Below, piece after piece: positions 34,058-43,090 of a stretch of DNA of 56,604 nucleotides. The stretch comes from a virus: IMG/VR virus record IMGVR_UViG_3300045988_114323, positions 1 to 56,604 of that record; one strand, written 5' to 3'. Position numbers and translations under genes: made by a program. Positions within the stretch are counted from its first letter, which is position 1. Each line of letters opens with the position of its first letter. Below the pieces are notes generated by a model. The model was not told the origin of the DNA. It did no database searches and saw only the letters and a program-made list of their open reading frames with translations.

Positions 34058-34285
34058 ATGTTACTTAAAATCACATTATCATTAATCGTTATAAGCATAG
34101 CTATGGTGATTGCTTGGAATGCATATTACAGAACCTTAAGTGATGTAAGAAAGCTTCTGATTTCATATGGCAAAAGTTACAAAAATGGTGAAGCAGCTTT
34201 TTTGTTTATTACGGGTATTTTTATTGGAATTTCGTTTGTTATGACGATTGTGACTGCTATCAGTTTTATTTTTAAATGCCTGTAA
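34058..34285 (+). CDS. Two-TM small membrane protein
   Basis: ORF track. Hydrophobic N- and C-terminal helices. Confidence 0.55.
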   Translation: MLLKITLSLIVISIAMVIAWNAYYRTLSDVRKLLISYGKSYKNGEAAFLFITGIFIGISFVMTIVTAISFIFKCL

Positions 34286-34301
34286 GAGAGAGGGAAACTA
34301 C

Positions 34302-34697
34302 ATGGAGAATACAGTACCAGTAATAAAAATACAAGCACAAAAGACAGTAAATGTACTCGGTACAAAATACACGATAGAGGTGCACAAACGTTCTGAGAAT
34401 AAGCTCATGCAAGATATTAACTGCGATGGATATTGTCAGGCTGATAATCACAAGATTGTGGTCGCTGACATGACGGAAAAGAAATCATTTCCATATTTCG
34501 ATGAATCGGAAGCACACGAGTATTTTAAGAAAACGCTTCGGCATGAAATCATCCATGCATTTCTGAACGAGTCCGGTTTACAGGAAAGCTCTAGCGGGCT
34601 AGAAGTTGCATGGGCGAAGAATGAGGAGATGGTTGACTGGATGGCGATTCAGATGCCAAAAATTTACAAAGCGTTTTGCGATGCTGATTCAGTGTAG
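34302..34697 (+). CDS. Small HExxH metallopeptidase-like protein
   Basis: HEIIH motif. Layout is similar to 24808..25128. Confidence 0.5.
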   Translation: MENTVPVIKIQAQKTVNVLGTKYTIEVHKRSENKLMQDINCDGYCQADNHKIVVADMTEKKSFPYFDESEAHEYFKKTLRHEIIHAFLNESGLQESSSGLEVAWAKNEEMVDWMAIQMPKIYKAFCDADSV

Positions 34698-34706
34698 GAG
34701 GTATGA

Positions 34707-34847
34707 ATGTTTAAGAAAATCAAACGGTTGTTTTGCAAGCATAAGCACACTGCACATGACCATACGGACCTTGTGTTGCAGAGCGATGGAAGTTACAAGA
34801 CAGAACATCACTGGAAATGCCGTGATTGCGGTAAAATAATTCGATGA
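34707..34847 (+). CDS. Small His/Cys protein (46 aa)
   Basis: AGGAGG RBS. C...H.H...H...C..C pattern. Confidence 0.4.
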   Translation: MFKKIKRLFCKHKHTAHDHTDLVLQSDGSYKTEHHWKCRDCGKIIR

Positions 34848-34859
34848 TAGGAGAGCAGA

Positions 34860-35249
34860 ATGTTTTTTAGAAAATCCAAAAAGCGGAATTACAAGAAAGA
34901 GCTGAATGAAGCATTATCAAAACTGAGTGATGCACTCTGGGATAACATTATGATTCGTACAGATATCGAAGAACTGAAAGAAGAGAATGACAAACTGAAA
35001 GCAGAAAAGCTGTTTGGTAATTATCCGCCAACCGAGGATGATTTACCATTTGGTGCGCCGGATGAAGATGAAAAGCCAAAAGAGGATATCACATACTTGA
35101 CTGATCGGATTGAGTACCTGGAAGAAGAGTTGGAAAAAGTTGGAGATGCTCACCAGTCAGATTTGATTACGATTAATCAGTTACAGGTTGCGCTTGATGT
35201 TATCTTGGACAAATACGAACGTATGAGAAAACAAAAGGGACTTGTGTAG
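34860..35249 (+). CDS. Coiled-coil protein
   Basis: ORF track. Heptad-rich and acidic. Confidence 0.55.
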   Translation: MFFRKSKKRNYKKELNEALSKLSDALWDNIMIRTDIEELKEENDKLKAEKLFGNYPPTEDDLPFGAPDEDEKPKEDITYLTDRIEYLEEELEKVGDAHQSDLITINQLQVALDVILDKYERMRKQKGLV

Positions 35250-35251
35250 CA

Positions 35252-35431
35252 ATGCGATATTCCGGAAAAGAAATCTCTGACGAATGTACGAAATGCGGAA
35301 AAGTGCTTGAGTGTGATTTATTCAAGCAGGGACACGGAATCAGATGTGAAAGAGAAAACGTACCCCTGATGGTCAAGTGCCAGATGGAGCATAGAGAAAA
35401 TCGTATTCATTTCGGTGATGCACCGAATTAG
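35252..35431 (+). CDS. Small Cys-rich protein (59 aa)
   Basis: CTKCG...C...C...C pattern. Starts 3 nt after the upstream stop. Confidence 0.4.
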   Translation: MRYSGKEISDECTKCGKVLECDLFKQGHGIRCERENVPLMVKCQMEHRENRIHFGDAPN

Positions 35432-35531
35432 GATAAACAATATATCACAGGAGAACTCATATGGGAAAGAAGGAGAGACCACCGCCAAAGGTGGTACTTA
35501 TCGCAGAAAATCACTTTAAAAATTACTGAAA

Positions 35532-35810
35532 ATGTTTGTCGAAAGCAGGGCGGTATTGTTTCGCAGCTATACCGTCTTTTATGAAAAAATGAGAATAATT
35601 AATCAAAAACGAAATGTATCAATTGAATTAGAAAATTACGACTTGATGGTTGACGAAAATAATGTGGTTGCGTGGCCTGTTCATTATAGTGGCAGACGAA
35701 GAATCTTAGGAACATATGACTCGGAAGAAAGAGCCATGGAAGTCTTAAGCAAAATCCACGACGACTACAAATACTATAGATTCGATATTTACGAAATGCC
35801 GATTACTTAA
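35532..35810 (+). CDS. Small hypothetical protein (start uncertain, possibly ATG 35589)
   Basis: ORF track. MRIINQ...YDSEERAMEVL resembles 16127..16441. Confidence 0.45.
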   Translation: MFVESRAVLFRSYTVFYEKMRIINQKRNVSIELENYDLMVDENNVVAWPVHYSGRRRILGTYDSEERAMEVLSKIHDDYKYYRFDIYEMPIT

Positions 35811-36170
35811 TTTTGTGGCATATATTAATTTCTCCTACCGTACTAGCTGATGCTGATTAAAGAGCCGTCAAAAGCTCGGTACGGTCTCCATGGAAGATTA
35901 CGCATCTACCATGGAAAAGGTTGTGTTTGAGTGCATATTCGAATCGGCATAAGAAATGCAACGATAAAACGACCTTGTGGTGTGCTTGACGCTATCATAG
36001 CTTACAAATGGCTATCTCACGGAATAAATAGCTTAGAAACAAATGATAGAGGGATCGTGACCTTCCACCACATTTCTGAGTTTTGCGGTTCTCAGAAATA
36101 ACCTTTTTCTGTTATTTTTTGAAACTTCCTTTCAATATTTAATGATTTGACGCGATAAAAACCGCAACAT

Positions 36171-36298
36171 GGGCGTATAGTTCAGTGGTAGAACATAAGA
36201 GTTTAGGAGATCTGGCTGTGTATACCAATGCTAGCAAAGGTAAACAGAAACTGACTGATTCGCTCTGCATGTCATGGGTTCGATTCCCATTGCGCCAT
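36171..36298 (+). tRNA. tRNA-like element with canonical acceptor, D and T arms but a 78-nt non-canonical anticodon/variable region
   Basis: GGGCGTA/TGCGCCA acceptor (G1.A72 mismatch), GTTC-AGTGGTA-GAAC D arm and ATGGG-TTCGATT-CCCAT T arm. No 5-7-5 anticodon hairpin. Confidence 0.5.
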
Positions 36299-36312
36299 TG
36301 GAGGTATAGATT

Positions 36313-36561
36313 ATGGGTAAAAATCACGTATTATCCAAACATGGATACGGCGGAGAATTAAAAGGCGCCGTGAAAAAAATTGATAAGGATAAATTCATAG
36401 AAGCATGTAATGCGTGGATGGTAGATAAGCAGTCTATCAATAAAGCTAGAAAAATTGTAGGGCTTAGCGCTCCAACATTTACCAAATATTTACGAATGGT
36501 TTTGATGCATGAACCATTGCCGGAGGGATTGTTTTTTGACGATGACGAAGAATCAGAATGA
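36313..36561 (+). CDS. Small HTH-like protein
   Basis: GGAGG (36300-36304) directly follows the tRNA-like 3' end. KARKIVGLSAPTFTKYLRMV looks like an HTH. Confidence 0.55.
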   Translation: MGKNHVLSKHGYGGELKGAVKKIDKDKFIEACNAWMVDKQSINKARKIVGLSAPTFTKYLRMVLMHEPLPEGLFFDDDEESE

Positions 36562-36700
36562 AATTAAGAAAGAAATCAATGATATGTCTGACAGAATATC
36601 TAATTGTGTGGCAAATGGCTTTACGGTTACTATCCGGCCAGCGAAAGACGGAGTGAAGATAACCAGCCACAAGGAAAAGGTAGTTAAAATCAAATATTAA
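36542..36700 (+). CDS. Small hypothetical protein (start uncertain)
   Basis: Internal Met of track ORF 36509..36700. Confidence 0.35.
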   Translation: MTKNQNEIKKEINDMSDRISNCVANGFTVTIRPAKDGVKITSHKEKVVKIKY

Positions 36701-36781
36701 TAGCTCATGACCGGATGCGGACAGAGAACAGGGGGACGCCTCTTGACTTTTTTATTTAAAGAGTTAGGAGGCGTTTTTTAT

Positions 36782-38521
36782 TTGGCAAGCGATTATCTGA
36801 TGAATACGGTCAATGGATATGAAGATTATGTACGTAGACAAGGAATCGACGAACAATTACTAGAAGCATATAAGCAAGCTATATATTTTTCAATGTACAA
36901 AGATAGAGATAACGACTACGGAGTAAAAATTGCTGGAAGAGTAAAAAACTTGTACGAAAAATTTATTTTCGATACAACTGGAGGCACATCTTGGGATTTG
37001 GAAAAATATGCATTTAAAAATAAAGCAAAATATCAGATTCTTGATGATTTGTATGAAGTGATTTTGGTAGAAGCTCAAAACAAGAATGTTGACAGCTATT
37101 TACGGTACATTGAGAAAAAAAGAGAACCAAAAGAGCGATTCTACATGCCTAGAAGAAAACAATTCTTGAAAATCGGTCTTGTAGATGGCTTACAAGGGAT
37201 GATTGATGATAAGTATGATATGATACTTATTTCCCTAATTCCCGGATCAGGAAAAACGAGTTTGGAAAAATTTTTCCTCAGTGGAGTCATAGGTTGGTTT
37301 CCAAAAGACTTCAATCTGTTCTATTCGCATAGTAGCGACATTACAAGAATGTTCTATGATGGCGAATACGACATTGTTACAAATGCAGAAGAGTACACAT
37401 GGCATGAAATATTTCCAAAACTGAAAGTAAGCGGACAAAATGCAAAAATGGAACAGTTTAACGTAGGAAAATACAAGCCGTTTCCATCTGTACAGTGTAC
37501 TTCTGTCGGAAGTAAAAATGCCGGAAAAGTACGTGCGTCTAAGTTTTTGCTAGTTGATGATATGATCGGTGGAATTGAGGAAGCGTTAAACAAAAATACT
37601 CTTGATAAATTGTGGGATAAATATGCTGTAGATGCCAGACAGAGAAAAATACAGGATACAGATGGTAATAACTGCAAGGAAATACACATTGCTACAAGAT
37701 GGAGTGTATACGACGTGATAGGACGCATACAGAAAATGTATGAAGGGAATGATCGTGTCAAGACAATTGCGGTACCTGACGTGGATCCAGTGACAGGAGA
37801 AAGCAATTTTGATTATGAGTATAGCGGATTTACGGTTGATTTTTTTGCAGACCAACAATTGCTTATGGATGACGTTTCTTATCGATGCCTGTACAAGCAG
37901 GAACCAATAGAACGAGAGGGATTATTGTTTCCGGAAGATAAAATTCGTAGGTATCTCAATCTACCGCATGGTGAACCGGAAATTATCACTGGCCAGTGCG
38001 ATACCAAGGGAAAAGGTACAGACTTTTTTGTGCTTCCTGTATTGCAGAAATACGGAGAAGATTATTATTGTGTGGATTGCGTGTGTGATAATACGGCAGA
38101 TTATGAGATGCAGTATGAAAATGCAGCAAATATTCTTGTAAATAATATGGTTCAAGAGTGCGAATTTGAGAGAAATGCTGGCGGAGACCGAGTGGCAATG
38201 GAAGTAAATAAGCGTGTTGAGCAAAAAGGCTGGATTTGCAATATTACAGATACGCCAACAGAAACCAACAAAGAAGCGAGGATTTATCAATGCTCTGCAT
38301 GGATATTACAACATGTGATTTTTAAAGATAAGTCAATGTATTCACCTAAAGAACCGTATGGAATCATGATGCAATTACTTTCTGGATATTCTGTTTCAGA
38401 TAAAAAACAACTTGATGATGTGCCGGACGTATTTTCTAACTTTGCAATAAGGGTAACATCTGGAAGCAGAGTTGCTACAGTAGAAGCAATTCAAAATCCG
38501 TTTTGGGGAGGGTATAGATAA
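36782..38521 (+). CDS. terL: Terminase large subunit
   Basis: Walker A-like LIPGSGKTS and Walker B-like FLLVDDMIGG, then a nuclease-half Asp/Glu pattern. TTG 36782 follows AGGAGG. Alternative starts are 36707 and 36800. Confidence 0.8.
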   Translation: MASDYLMNTVNGYEDYVRRQGIDEQLLEAYKQAIYFSMYKDRDNDYGVKIAGRVKNLYEKFIFDTTGGTSWDLEKYAFKNKAKYQILDDLYEVILVEAQNKNVDSYLRYIEKKREPKERFYMPRRKQFLKIGLVDGLQGMIDDKYDMILISLIPGSGKTSLEKFFLSGVIGWFPKDFNLFYSHSSDITRMFYDGEYDIVTNAEEYTWHEIFPKLKVSGQNAKMEQFNVGKYKPFPSVQCTSVGSKNAGKVRASKFLLVDDMIGGIEEALNKNTLDKLWDKYAVDARQRKIQDTDGNNCKEIHIATRWSVYDVIGRIQKMYEGNDRVKTIAVPDVDPVTGESNFDYEYSGFTVDFFADQQLLMDDVSYRCLYKQEPIEREGLLFPEDKIRRYLNLPHGEPEIITGQCDTKGKGTDFFVLPVLQKYGEDYYCVDCVCDNTADYEMQYENAANILVNNMVQECEFERNAGGDRVAMEVNKRVEQKGWICNITDTPTETNKEARIYQCSAWILQHVIFKDKSMYSPKEPYGIMMQLLSGYSVSDKKQLDDVPDVFSNFAIRVTSGSRVATVEAIQNPFWGGYR

Positions 38522-38598
38522 TGTTTTAATAATTCAAAATAATGTTTCACACAATTAATTTTATGATTTTGAAAAATATTTGAGGAGAAAATAAAAAA

Positions 38599-39063
38599 AT
38601 GAAAACGCAGGACTACTTAAAACAAATTGAAAGATTAGATAGAATGATACAGAACAAGCTTTCTGAAATTTGTCAGCTAAGGCATATGGCAACATCTATT
38701 ACAATCCCACCGAAAGAAGTAAATGTTCAAACATCTTCGGACAAGGATAGAGTTGGAACTGCGGTTGCAAAAATAGTTGATATGGAAAACGAAACAAATA
38801 AACTCGTTGACGAATATATTGATAAGAGAAAAGCAATAATCAATCAAATTGATTACATTGAAGACGCTAATATGTATCATGTTTTGCATGAGAAATATGT
38901 AATGCGAAAAGATTTAAGCACAATTGCTGTAGAAATGGGATATTCTTTTAAACAGGTTTGCAGGATTCATGGAAATGCCTTAAATGAATTTGAGAAACTT
39001 TATGGAAATGAATATTTAAACATTGAACAAAAGTGTCCAAAAATGTCCTGTAATGTCTTATGA
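38599..39063 (+). CDS. Sigma-70 region-4-like regulator (DUF1492-like)
   Basis: N-terminus YLKQIERLDRMIQNKLSEI. C-terminal HTH DLSTIAVEMGYSFKQVCRIHGNAL. Confidence 0.55.
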   Translation: MKTQDYLKQIERLDRMIQNKLSEICQLRHMATSITIPPKEVNVQTSSDKDRVGTAVAKIVDMENETNKLVDEYIDKRKAIINQIDYIEDANMYHVLHEKYVMRKDLSTIAVEMGYSFKQVCRIHGNALNEFEKLYGNEYLNIEQKCPKMSCNVL

Positions 39064-39168
39064 TGTACACTAGAAGTTTAAAAAATGATAATATATAATA
39101 TAATTGTGAGGAAAGAATAAAGTCCTTTTCATATCTCATATCCTTTTTTAAAAAGCTCAATCGTGGAG

Positions 39169-39199
39169 ATACGCCTTGCTTATGCATGGCGTATTTTTT
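39169..39199 (+). terminator. Intrinsic terminator inside the packaging/head operon
   Basis: ATACGCC-N12-GGCGTAT stem followed by T6. Confidence 0.65.
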
Positions 39200-39211
39200 G
39201 TGGAGAAAATT

Positions 39212-39406
39212 ATGGAAAATAAGACAATATACTGTCCAAAGTGCCATAGAAAAGCAGGCACTTATGATGGAAAATCAAAAATGAATAAAATATGTCGATG
39301 CAAAAATTGTAATAAACGTGTTATTTATCATTGGCTTGATGGAAAAACGGAAATTAAGCCTCTGAGAAAGAGAAATTGTAGTAGCGGAATGACTTTTGGC
39401 ATGTAG
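39212..39406 (+). CDS. Com-like zinc-ribbon protein
   Basis: CPKCHRK...CRCKNCNK four-Cys ribbon, about 64 aa, resembling the Mu Com layout. Confidence 0.45.
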   Translation: MENKTIYCPKCHRKAGTYDGKSKMNKICRCKNCNKRVIYHWLDGKTEIKPLRKRNCSSGMTFGM

Positions 39407-39415
39407 GGTGATCTA

Positions 39416-40846
39416 ATGGCAAACAAAATGTTTTTCAATGACCTTGTAAAAGGTAATTATGGAAGAAAAATTGCATATGCGGACGTAGAAGAGGTCACTG
39501 AGAACAATATTGTTAGTGTTGTTGGAAAAACGCTTGGAATCTTCAATTACAACAGAAGGATTGTTGAATATTTGTGGAATTACTACAAGGGCGATCAGCC
39601 TGTGTTGTACAGAACAAAAAGAATGCGCAATGATATAAACAATAAAATTTGTGAAAATCACGCATATGAAATCGTACAATTTAAAGTCGGACAAACATAT
39701 GGCGAACCATTACAGTGTGTTGGAGTTGTAAAAGATGAAATTAACGAATATATTGACAGATTCAACACATTTCTTCGCCAATCGCATAAACATGCGAGAA
39801 ATATAAAATGCGGAGAATGGCAGTCGGCTGTAGGTACAGGGTTTATGGCAGTTTCTTTTGTACATGACAAAAAAGCACCTATTCCATTTAGAATAACAGT
39901 CCCTACTCCGCTGAATACATATATCATTTATTCTTCGATAACGGAAGAACCGCTTGTTTCGGTTCAAGAGTTAAAAGATGAAAACGGCGAATATTATAAG
40001 TCGTGCCACACAAAAACGCATCAATGCATCATAAAAAACAGCAAAGTAGATGGATGGAAATTGCACGCATTTGGGGATGTCCCTATTGTTGAATATCCAA
40101 ATAACTTTGAAAGAATATCAGACATTGAATTAGTTATGAGTATGCTTGATGCACTTAATGAAGTTCAGTCAAACCGAACGGATGGTATTTCTCAATTTAT
40201 TCAGTCATTTGTCAAATTCGTTAATTGCACAATTGATGAAGAAACGTTTGAGAAAATGAAAATGAACGGTGCTTTTGTCGTGAAATCAAATAATGCTGAT
40301 AATAAATCAGATGTTGAAATCATGAGCCAAGAATTAAACCAGACAGAGACGCAAGTGGCTAAGCAAGATTTGATGGACAATATTTTGCAGATACTTGCAA
40401 TTCCTAAATTGGAAGGAAACACTGGTGGCGATACACAAGGTGCTGTACAGTTGCGCAACGGCTGGGATATGGCTAAGACGCGAGGAAAGCTGAAAGACCC
40501 GATTGTACAGGAGTCGGAACAACGACTTAATAATGTGATTTTAAATGTGATAAGGGTTCAGTCGAACGGTGAAAATCCATGTCCGATTGACACGAGCCAG
40601 TTTGAAGTAGTTATTAATCACAGCCCGATGGATAATATGCTGGTCAAGGCACAGTTTTTAGATTATTTGCTTAAAGACGGTGTTCATCCAAAACTTGCGT
40701 TTGAGAGAAGTACATTGTTTTCTGATAGCGAGAAAGCATATAATCTTTCGAAACCTTATCTGGATGTTTTGTATCAGACTATTGATGAAACAAATAGGAA
40801 AAACGCTCAAAACAAAAATGAAATAATTGATAATCAGACAGAATAG
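39416..40846 (+). CDS. Portal protein (SPP1 gp6-like)
   Basis: 476 aa. Assigned by position after terL and before the scaffold, and by overall pattern. Confidence 0.75.
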   Translation: MANKMFFNDLVKGNYGRKIAYADVEEVTENNIVSVVGKTLGIFNYNRRIVEYLWNYYKGDQPVLYRTKRMRNDINNKICENHAYEIVQFKVGQTYGEPLQCVGVVKDEINEYIDRFNTFLRQSHKHARNIKCGEWQSAVGTGFMAVSFVHDKKAPIPFRITVPTPLNTYIIYSSITEEPLVSVQELKDENGEYYKSCHTKTHQCIIKNSKVDGWKLHAFGDVPIVEYPNNFERISDIELVMSMLDALNEVQSNRTDGISQFIQSFVKFVNCTIDEETFEKMKMNGAFVVKSNNADNKSDVEIMSQELNQTETQVAKQDLMDNILQILAIPKLEGNTGGDTQGAVQLRNGWDMAKTRGKLKDPIVQESEQRLNNVILNVIRVQSNGENPCPIDTSQFEVVINHSPMDNMLVKAQFLDYLLKDGVHPKLAFERSTLFSDSEKAYNLSKPYLDVLYQTIDETNRKNAQNKNEIIDNQTE

Positions 40847-40975
40847 GTCGGACATTGTGAAAACGGTGTCTGGCTTTTTCTATATAATTTCGCAAAGCTG
40901 TGAGCGTAAAAAACAGCAAGTCGTTCGGTGTCGTTGCACCGTAAAAAAATCGTATGACTAATCGGAGGTAAAACC

Positions 40976-41530
40976 ATGAAACGTGAAGAACTTATCACTA
41001 TGGGAATTAGTGAAGAAAATGTAGAAAAAATTATGGCAGATCATGCGAAGGTGGTTCAGTCTGCAACAGAAAAAGCTAACCAGTATAAAGTAAAAGCTGA
41101 TAAAGCCGATGAATTGCAGAATAAACTTGATGAAATCGAGAAAGGAAATCTTACTGAGGTTGAACAGGCTAATAAGAACCTAGAAAAAGCAAATGCCAGA
41201 ATTGCAGAGCTTGAAAAAGCGCAGGCTATTGCCGTTCAGAAAAAGACTGTAATCGAAAAATTTAAGGTTACCAGCGAACAGGCGGACAAGATCGTTAAGG
41301 AAGATGGAACTTTTGATTATGACGTTTTAGGGAAAATTATTTCCGATAAAGAAACTGCTGCTGCACAGGCAAAGGAACAGGAAATTGCCAGAGGTACGAA
41401 TAATCCTGGAGGAGGAACTGGCGGCGGTAATAAACAAAAAACAGATGCAGAGAAAACGGCAGAAGCAATCGGCAAAGAGCTTTCTGGTGCTAACAAGTCA
41501 GCTGAGTCGATTGTTGAAAGTTATTTGTAG
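40976..41530 (+). CDS. Scaffolding protein (GP20-like)
   Basis: Coiled-coil, Ala/Glu/Lys-rich, with a Gly-rich linker. Lies upstream of the capsid gene. Confidence 0.7.
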   Translation: MKREELITMGISEENVEKIMADHAKVVQSATEKANQYKVKADKADELQNKLDEIEKGNLTEVEQANKNLEKANARIAELEKAQAIAVQKKTVIEKFKVTSEQADKIVKEDGTFDYDVLGKIISDKETAAAQAKEQEIARGTNNPGGGTGGGNKQKTDAEKTAEAIGKELSGANKSAESIVESYL

Positions 41531-41542
41531 GAGGTTGGTTTA

Positions 41543-41881
41543 ATGAAATTTAAAAAGTCTAGTGTGATTTCGCAGAAAGAGATTTTGAAAAGAAAGCTTG
41601 GCGGCGAGCTATTTGAAGAAATTAAGCTTGATGATTCCGCTTTTACAAACGGAGTTTGTAAGGCTGGAAATCCAATTTCAGCGGAAGGAAAGAAAGTAAA
41701 TGCGGGAACTTCTGATGGTGCTGCTGTTGGTGTTCTTTTGAATGATGTGTATGACGAAAACCCAAATGGAACTATTTTGAAAGCATTTGGTGTCGTAAAT
41801 GAAGCAAATGCAAATGCAAATGCATCAATTACGATTGCGGCAGGAGTTAAAACTGCGTTGTCTAACATCGTTTTTGAGTAA
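41543..41881 (+). CDS. Putative head decoration / small head protein
   Basis: Position between scaffold and capsid. 112 aa, Gly/Ala/Asn-rich. Confidence 0.4.
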   Translation: MKFKKSSVISQKEILKRKLGGELFEEIKLDDSAFTNGVCKAGNPISAEGKKVNAGTSDGAAVGVLLNDVYDENPNGTILKAFGVVNEANANANASITIAAGVKTALSNIVFE

Positions 41882-41996
41882 TTGATTACCGGCAAATACT
41901 TAAGAATTTGTCGCTGACCGAAAAAAGTTATCGGTAGAATTGATTACCGGCAAATACTTAAGAATTTGTCGCTGACCGAAAAAAGTTATCGGTAGA
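41881..41996 (+). repeat. Perfect 2 x 58-bp tandem duplication upstream of the major capsid gene
   Basis: ATTGATTACCGGCAAATACTTAAGAATTTGTCGCTGACCGAAAAAAGTTATCGGTAGA occurs twice, head to tail. Confidence 0.95.
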
Positions 41997-42009
41997 AAGG
42001 TAGGAAATA

Positions 42010-43080
42010 ATGAATATTAGAGATGTATATAGCGCAAGTGCAATTGCGCTCGTTCAGAATGAAGTTGCAAGTAATAAAATTGCATATCTTGGTGCTGGAC
42101 TGTTCCCTGCTAGAAAGAAAATGGGACTTGATTTGAAGTGGATTAAGACATCAAAAGGTCTTCCAGTTTCCCTGGCTCCGTCTAATTTTGATGCGGTTTC
42201 TACGCTTAGAAGTCGTGAAGGATTTTCAATGGACGAGACGGAAATGGCATTTTTCCGTGAATCTATGCTCGTAAAAGAGAAAGACGAACAGGAAATTATG
42301 CGTGTACAGGAAAGTGCAGATCCATATGCAGCAGATGTTTTAAAAAGAATCTTTGATGATGCAAATACACTGATTGACGGAGCAAACGTTGTTCCTGAGA
42401 GGATGATTATGCAGCTTTTGGCACCATCTGACGGATCGCCAAAAATTTCTATTGTTGCAAATGGTGTGACATACGCTTATAACTACGATCCAAATGGTAC
42501 TTATAAGGCAAACAACTTTGCTGATTGCACACAGACAGATACGGATAAATGGTCTGATACCACTAATTCAGACCCGATGGACGATGTTTCTACTGCTTTG
42601 GATGCCGTAGAAGCTGCGACTGGAGATAGACCTGCTATCATGATTATTTCCAGAAAGACGATGGATTATCTGAAAAAGAACGCTAAAATCAAGTCTGCAA
42701 TTCTTGCACAGAATACATCGGCTACGGTATTTATGAATGACAACAGGGTAAAAGAAGTATTTTCGTCAGAGCTTGGAATTAGCATTATTGTTTACTCAAA
42801 ACAGTACAAAAAAGAAGATGGAACCACAGCCAAGTTCTATCCAGATGGATACGCTACGCTGATTCCGAATGGACAGCTTGGAAATACTTGGTACGGAACT
42901 ACACCGGAAGAGAGAACACTTATGGGTAGTGGCGAAGCAGATGTTTCTATTGTAAATACTGGTGTTGCTGTTGCGGTATCTACAACAAATGACCCAGTAC
43001 ATACAAAAACTACTGTTTCAGAGATTGTTCTTCCGTCTTACGAAAGAATGGACAGCACCTATGTAATCAAATGTTATTAG
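42010..43080 (+). CDS. Major capsid protein (gpE-like family)
   Basis: 356 aa, with a strong RBS. The N-terminal pattern resembles the lambda gpE-type capsid family. Confidence 0.8.
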   Translation: MNIRDVYSASAIALVQNEVASNKIAYLGAGLFPARKKMGLDLKWIKTSKGLPVSLAPSNFDAVSTLRSREGFSMDETEMAFFRESMLVKEKDEQEIMRVQESADPYAADVLKRIFDDANTLIDGANVVPERMIMQLLAPSDGSPKISIVANGVTYAYNYDPNGTYKANNFADCTQTDTDKWSDTTNSDPMDDVSTALDAVEAATGDRPAIMIISRKTMDYLKKNAKIKSAILAQNTSATVFMNDNRVKEVFSSELGISIIVYSKQYKKEDGTTAKFYPDGYATLIPNGQLGNTWYGTTPEERTLMGSGEADVSIVNTGVAVAVSTTNDPVHTKTTVSEIVLPSYERMDSTYVIKCY

Positions 43081-43090
43081 GAGGTGCGGT

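Noticed and set aside
36196-36206. Reading the tRNA-like element as an ochre suppressor (anticodon UUA) or as tRNA-Leu (UAG)
   Set aside because: Neither register has a complementary 3' anticodon-stem strand (no TCTTA-type partner). The calls depend on arbitrary placement of position 26, so no anticodon identity is claimed.
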